Shown here: positions 38,501 through 40,000 of the stretch, piece by piece
Layout of the letters: every line of letters starts with the position of its first letter
Position numbering within the stretch: the stretch's first letter is position 1
From: Pseudocitrobacter faecalis
GTDB taxonomy: Bacteria; Pseudomonadota; Gammaproteobacteria; Enterobacterales; Enterobacteriaceae
Assembly (NCBI RefSeq): GCF_003315335.1
Contig: NZ_QNRL01000003.1
Strand: one strand, 5' to 3'
DNA: 40,000 bases
Notes under the pieces: model-generated
What the model was told of the DNA's origin: nothing
Database searches by the model: none
The model's input: only the letters and a program-made list of their open reading frames with translations
Translations under genes and position numbers: made by a program

Positions 38501-39532
38501 ATCCTCATTGGCATAAATAGGGATAGACCCGGTAGTTCGTGCCAAATTCAGTTCAGCGTTATACTCTGCACTAGTCATTGAGAGCTCACCTTTTTCAATC
38601 GCAGCGATTAACGCAGCGTTGTAAGCTTTAAACTCCTCCACATTTGTCACATTTTGTGGACCAAGTTTGCTGTTGAACTCACCTGTAAATTCATCAATCA
38701 CTGGGTAGGCAATTGCCGTGCCGCCACTGTGATTGTTGTAAGAATTACCTAACTGGGCGATCGTTTTAGAATGGTAATTAAGCTCCGCTTTATCACCCGA
38801 TTCACTGGAAACTTTAAAAACCGAGGCTTTATTTACGCTACTCGTATTTGAACTTTTGAAAACAGCGCTAAATAAATTGGCAGTATCATTAGCCCAGCCC
38901 ACATCCTGACTTCCAACATTGACATCAAGAGTGGAACCGCCATCAACATTATAGAGATTACGATCGATATACTGGCCGTTTGCGCCTACTGCATTTGAGA
39001 TCGTAACATTAAAGTCAGCGAGGGGTTTGACTGTCATTGCATCATTATCATATACCACTATTGAGGTGGTATTCCCGGTGACTGGGTCTACAAAGTTAAT
39101 GACTTTGCTTTGCGAGCCGACGTTAAATATGTTGTTATTCTTAACATACTCACTATTAGCTCCTAAAAGACCTTTATCATAAGCCTCACCCAATGTCATA
39201 TTGGTGTAACCGCTATTACCATACGAAACATTCGAAAAGCTACCTGACAATGTATTATCCCGTCCACTCACTGTTATCTCTATGGCATCTTGTGGGGTCA
39301 TGGAGTCGACTACATAATCTGTTGCCTGTGATTTCACTGGAAAAAGCGCAAGCATTAATAAAGCGACAGGTGTCATTCGAAAAACATATGCATGCTGAAA
39401 TTCTGCGATGTAGTGTTCTTCCGTAACAAGCGCAGAACTGCTTGATTGTACGTTTCCACGTGCCAGTTCGGAAACAACAACGGCACACGAACGCGCTACG
39501 ATCCAGATAACTTTAAATACTTTGTTCATCAT
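32564..39532 (-). CDS. Giant type Va (classical) autotransporter, adhesin-like passenger
   Basis: 2322 aa. It has an extended signal peptide region (MNKVFKVIW...VVVSELARG), then a hydrophobic core and cleavage site (LMLALFPVKSQA). The long beta-helical passenger carries many G/N/T/S-rich repeats and PATR-like repeats (…GSGTITVGDNAAWTGSTHIEQGGLQLG…). A pertactin/autochaperone-like segment (NQLVIKGNYAGNDGLLSLNTALGDD…NWYLNS) precedes a C-terminal 12-strand beta-barrel domain ending …IGAKWNF. Confidence 0.9.
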   Translation of the reverse strand: MMNKVFKVIWIVARSCAVVVSELARGNVQSSSSALVTEEHYIAEFQHAYVFRMTPVALLMLALFPVKSQATDYVVDSMTPQDAIEITVSGRDNTLSGSFSNVSYGNSGYTNMTLGEAYDKGLLGANSEYVKNNNIFNVGSQSKVINFVDPVTGNTTSIVVYDNDAMTVKPLADFNVTISNAVGANGQYIDRNLYNVDGGSTLDVNVGSQDVGWANDTANLFSAVFKSSNTSSVNKASVFKVSSESGDKAELNYHSKTIAQLGNSYNNHSGGTAIAYPVIDEFTGEFNSKLGPQNVTNVEEFKAYNAALIAAIEKGELSMTSAEYNAELNLARTTGSIPIYANEDGIASDDAVRGTVNRDTVSYIHGNGKDAVINIDKDASLQLFWSDASLVNLENGATLINEGTLGTNNNTLRGAYVVAVRSGSVFENNGVVDAGTNPDMAEKSNSSATLVAAGQHTAILANGTSTVNNNATGVINLATSSSQYSNKGVLLSSSAVLTNDGTINVASTAQTSTTGTPATTGVEAGQQSTFNHNGMLYIGREAQREGSDATNDLRISGDSIGVLLSGSATYNGDTASKIVIGSQTTNATAIVVKNTATLNQNGTIEVNGELPGESSIANVGINVKSGTSENRVVNNGVINQNGQNSVGIDVEAGGKITHAGVINVNSGVDEGTHYANYGIRASGEDALAVVSGEVNLNGDYAIGVHARDKGTITLVDDGTVTFNAGSHQTGYYIYGAGSSIIDNSTSNQTVSTTDSTLYRVDGGAAFDGSSTNKSQMNATGDNSTIILTTDAGSSFNSGKLALSIMGEGSTGVRIEGGATGTITADADIVKVAGKGTTAGIVDGNYYGLDGEVVEAKKGESVLTSYATLETANTADGAFGYIARNGGTLNHKGTIDFDQSDSTGVLISGGTLNNDGDIQVNGVAVNIQGADSVVNNSATVSATDGTAAYLVGSDASLKLTGEGQTTADGTAHAILLASGAKGLVVDGATITMAAGSSGNAIENQANLVGIQLKETHITVGNGIGVHTGASMAQTNSGTINVTGSGTGILFESMDGSQTDQTLDMSDSRDLVINVQQAGGKGIVTNSSADLKTGASVNVLDSDGAEALVVGGTTKNIEQSGELTSVSTSHAVVDADNGSLESFLNKGVIRALDASQKALEIVKGKGIAFTNAAEASITGMVNLLSGDNTVTLESGSTATDITTGNGSDLFLLKDIKATETSLFTSLNGGEGEDTLRLQNAQYTLNSADAITGMEHIDLTSNSVFTVNNVDFVLGDAKDDAANTGYSIDTNSTLQLNATSDMAFNSHLSGTGTVSVDASGKAFDFTANNAADGFQGTLALQNSTFELAGLNTQALAKATLSAGEGSHTHVGKGEQNIGGLAFNGGTVSFDGVTPGKTQADGTIHAGKMDLSGRGTVQVDTGSVSNDRPQADTTLSLLEQDDAQELIKLATSDSAVQGGAGNLTLTDKDGNVISDGVVADIEQNDEVVAKGTYDYRLTGGENDDGLYISYGLTQVELLASGSNALVLDANDKTGNAADLSARVTGTGDLAFDSAKGQTVSLSNMDNDYTGITDVRSGNLLMNNNDVLGQTSELRLASDTGFDMNGYSQTVGKLTAAVDSLLNIHGGSLTIADGGEANGTLTGSGALNLNGGTLTVTGENSTMTAKTTIAEGATALLNSTLGLGTGDIVAAGTLALSNAAGVLYNAISDNGSVELTDSDVVLAGNNSEFTGTFDIDGGSQLTASVAEHLGDAAVKNAGSLVLNSASSWELNNSITGAGSVTKLGSGTITVGDNAAWTGSTHIEQGGLQLGSESASVVLSSTQVTIADQGKLSGFGGVTGDIDNAGLLQVGTAESTGTHTFTVGGNVTNSGTMATGVSGKQAGNQLVIKGNYAGNDGLLSLNTALGDDKSVTDKLVVEGDTSGNTYVTVTNAGGKGAATINGIEVITVEGASDGDFTQKGRIVAGAYDYTLNRGTGENSSNWYLNSSKTDPGTDPGDKETPDLRPEGGSYTANLAAANTLFVTRLHDRLGETQFIDALTGEQKVTSMWMRHVGGHNNWRDGSGQLKTQSNRYAVQLGGDVAQWSQSGLNRWHLGLMAGYGNDHSNTHSSRTQYGSKGSVNGYSAGVYSTWYANDETHSGLYVDTWAQYNWFNNSVKGEGLQGESYKSKGVNASVETGYTWKMGEYQTREGSTNEWYIQPQAQAVWMGVKADDHRESNGTRITSSGDGNVQTRLGVKTWIKGHSQLDNGKEREFQPFAEVNWLHNTRDFSTRMDGVNVSQAGAKNLGEVKVGVEGQVSPRLNLWGNVGVQVGDKGYNDSAAMIGAKWNF

Positions 39533-39842
39533 CTCACTCGCTTTTAACAGCCCATTTTGCGACTACTTCACAGGTGATTTGGGCCAAAATTATCAGTACC
39601 TGATTTTTAGCTCAGGCGTTTCGTGAGTGATTTTACTTTCCGCCCCTCATTTAGGGGTACATATAATGAATAATGCGTTATTTATAGATGAATTATCTAT
39701 TATACTTGAAATTTAAAGCTTATTATGCTGAGTTATGACTGATGTTACACAACATTTTATTGGTTAGCGGAAGTATACTTTCTGGTGAGTACATATTATC
39801 TATAGTATTTTCAGCATGTCGTTAACTAATAGCTTCATGATT

Positions 39843-39885
39843 AAAAAGCTCCAGGGGTGGTAAATTACCCCCTGGAAACTTTTTT
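39843..39885. terminator. Bidirectional rho-independent terminator
   Basis: The stem tccagggg (39850-39857) pairs with cccctgga (39869-39876), with possible extra inner pairing ggta/tacc. T6 follows on the plus strand (39880-39885). A5 precedes it (39843-39847), which gives T5 on the minus strand. It lies 10 nt downstream of a minus-strand frame that is open from the window edge to a TAG at 39896-39898. Confidence 0.6.
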
Positions 39886-40000
39886 AAGAGTAATCCTATC
39901 TATTAAATCTGTAAACAAAGAAGTGCAGGTTGGCGGTGTTTTTAAGATTATACCTCTTTGCTATGGTGAGTGTATTTCTCAAAAAGTTTTTATAACTTAC

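Noticed and set aside
27140-40000. Searched the inserted regions for integrase, transposase, IS ends, tRNA attachment sites or flanking direct repeats that would define a mobile island
   Set aside because: None were recognisable on either strand within the window, so I do not call any mobile_element feature. The island boundary beyond 40000 is not visible.

Overview
Enterobacterial chromosome segment, about 90% protein identity to E. coli K-12 by my recollection of the K-12 sequences; species not determinable here. It is collinear with the K-12 nor-hyp-asc-hyc-hyp-fhlA-ygbA region: norV (5' truncated), norW, hypF, hydN, ascGFB, hycIHGFEDCBA, hypABCDE, fhlA, ygbA. Most of the window is the well-known formate hydrogenlyase (FHL) regulon, and its sigma54 promoters and FhlA-type upstream motifs are readable in the sequence. 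Four blocks interrupt the K-12 order. (1) A 716-aa formate dehydrogenase-H homologue with Cys (TGC) instead of selenocysteine lies between hydN and hypF. (2) A MazEF/PemIK-type toxin-antitoxin pair lies between ascB and hycI, flanked by small repeat elements. (3) A PflD/PflC-like glycyl-radical enzyme and its activase lie between fhlA and ygbA, where I recall SPI-1 sitting in Salmonella. (4) Beyond ygbA there is a low-GC island with a CSS-domain EAL c-di-GMP phosphodiesterase and a 2322-aa type Va autotransporter. There is also a six-copy tandem 59-bp REP-like array between hypE and fhlA. No tRNA, rRNA, CRISPR array, integrase or transposase was seen. I found no clear-cut new multi-gene system. 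The best candidates for follow-up are the autotransporter plus phosphodiesterase island, the relocated glycyl-radical pair and the Cys-type fdhF operon. The many long ORFs antisense to these GC-rich genes are shadow ORFs.
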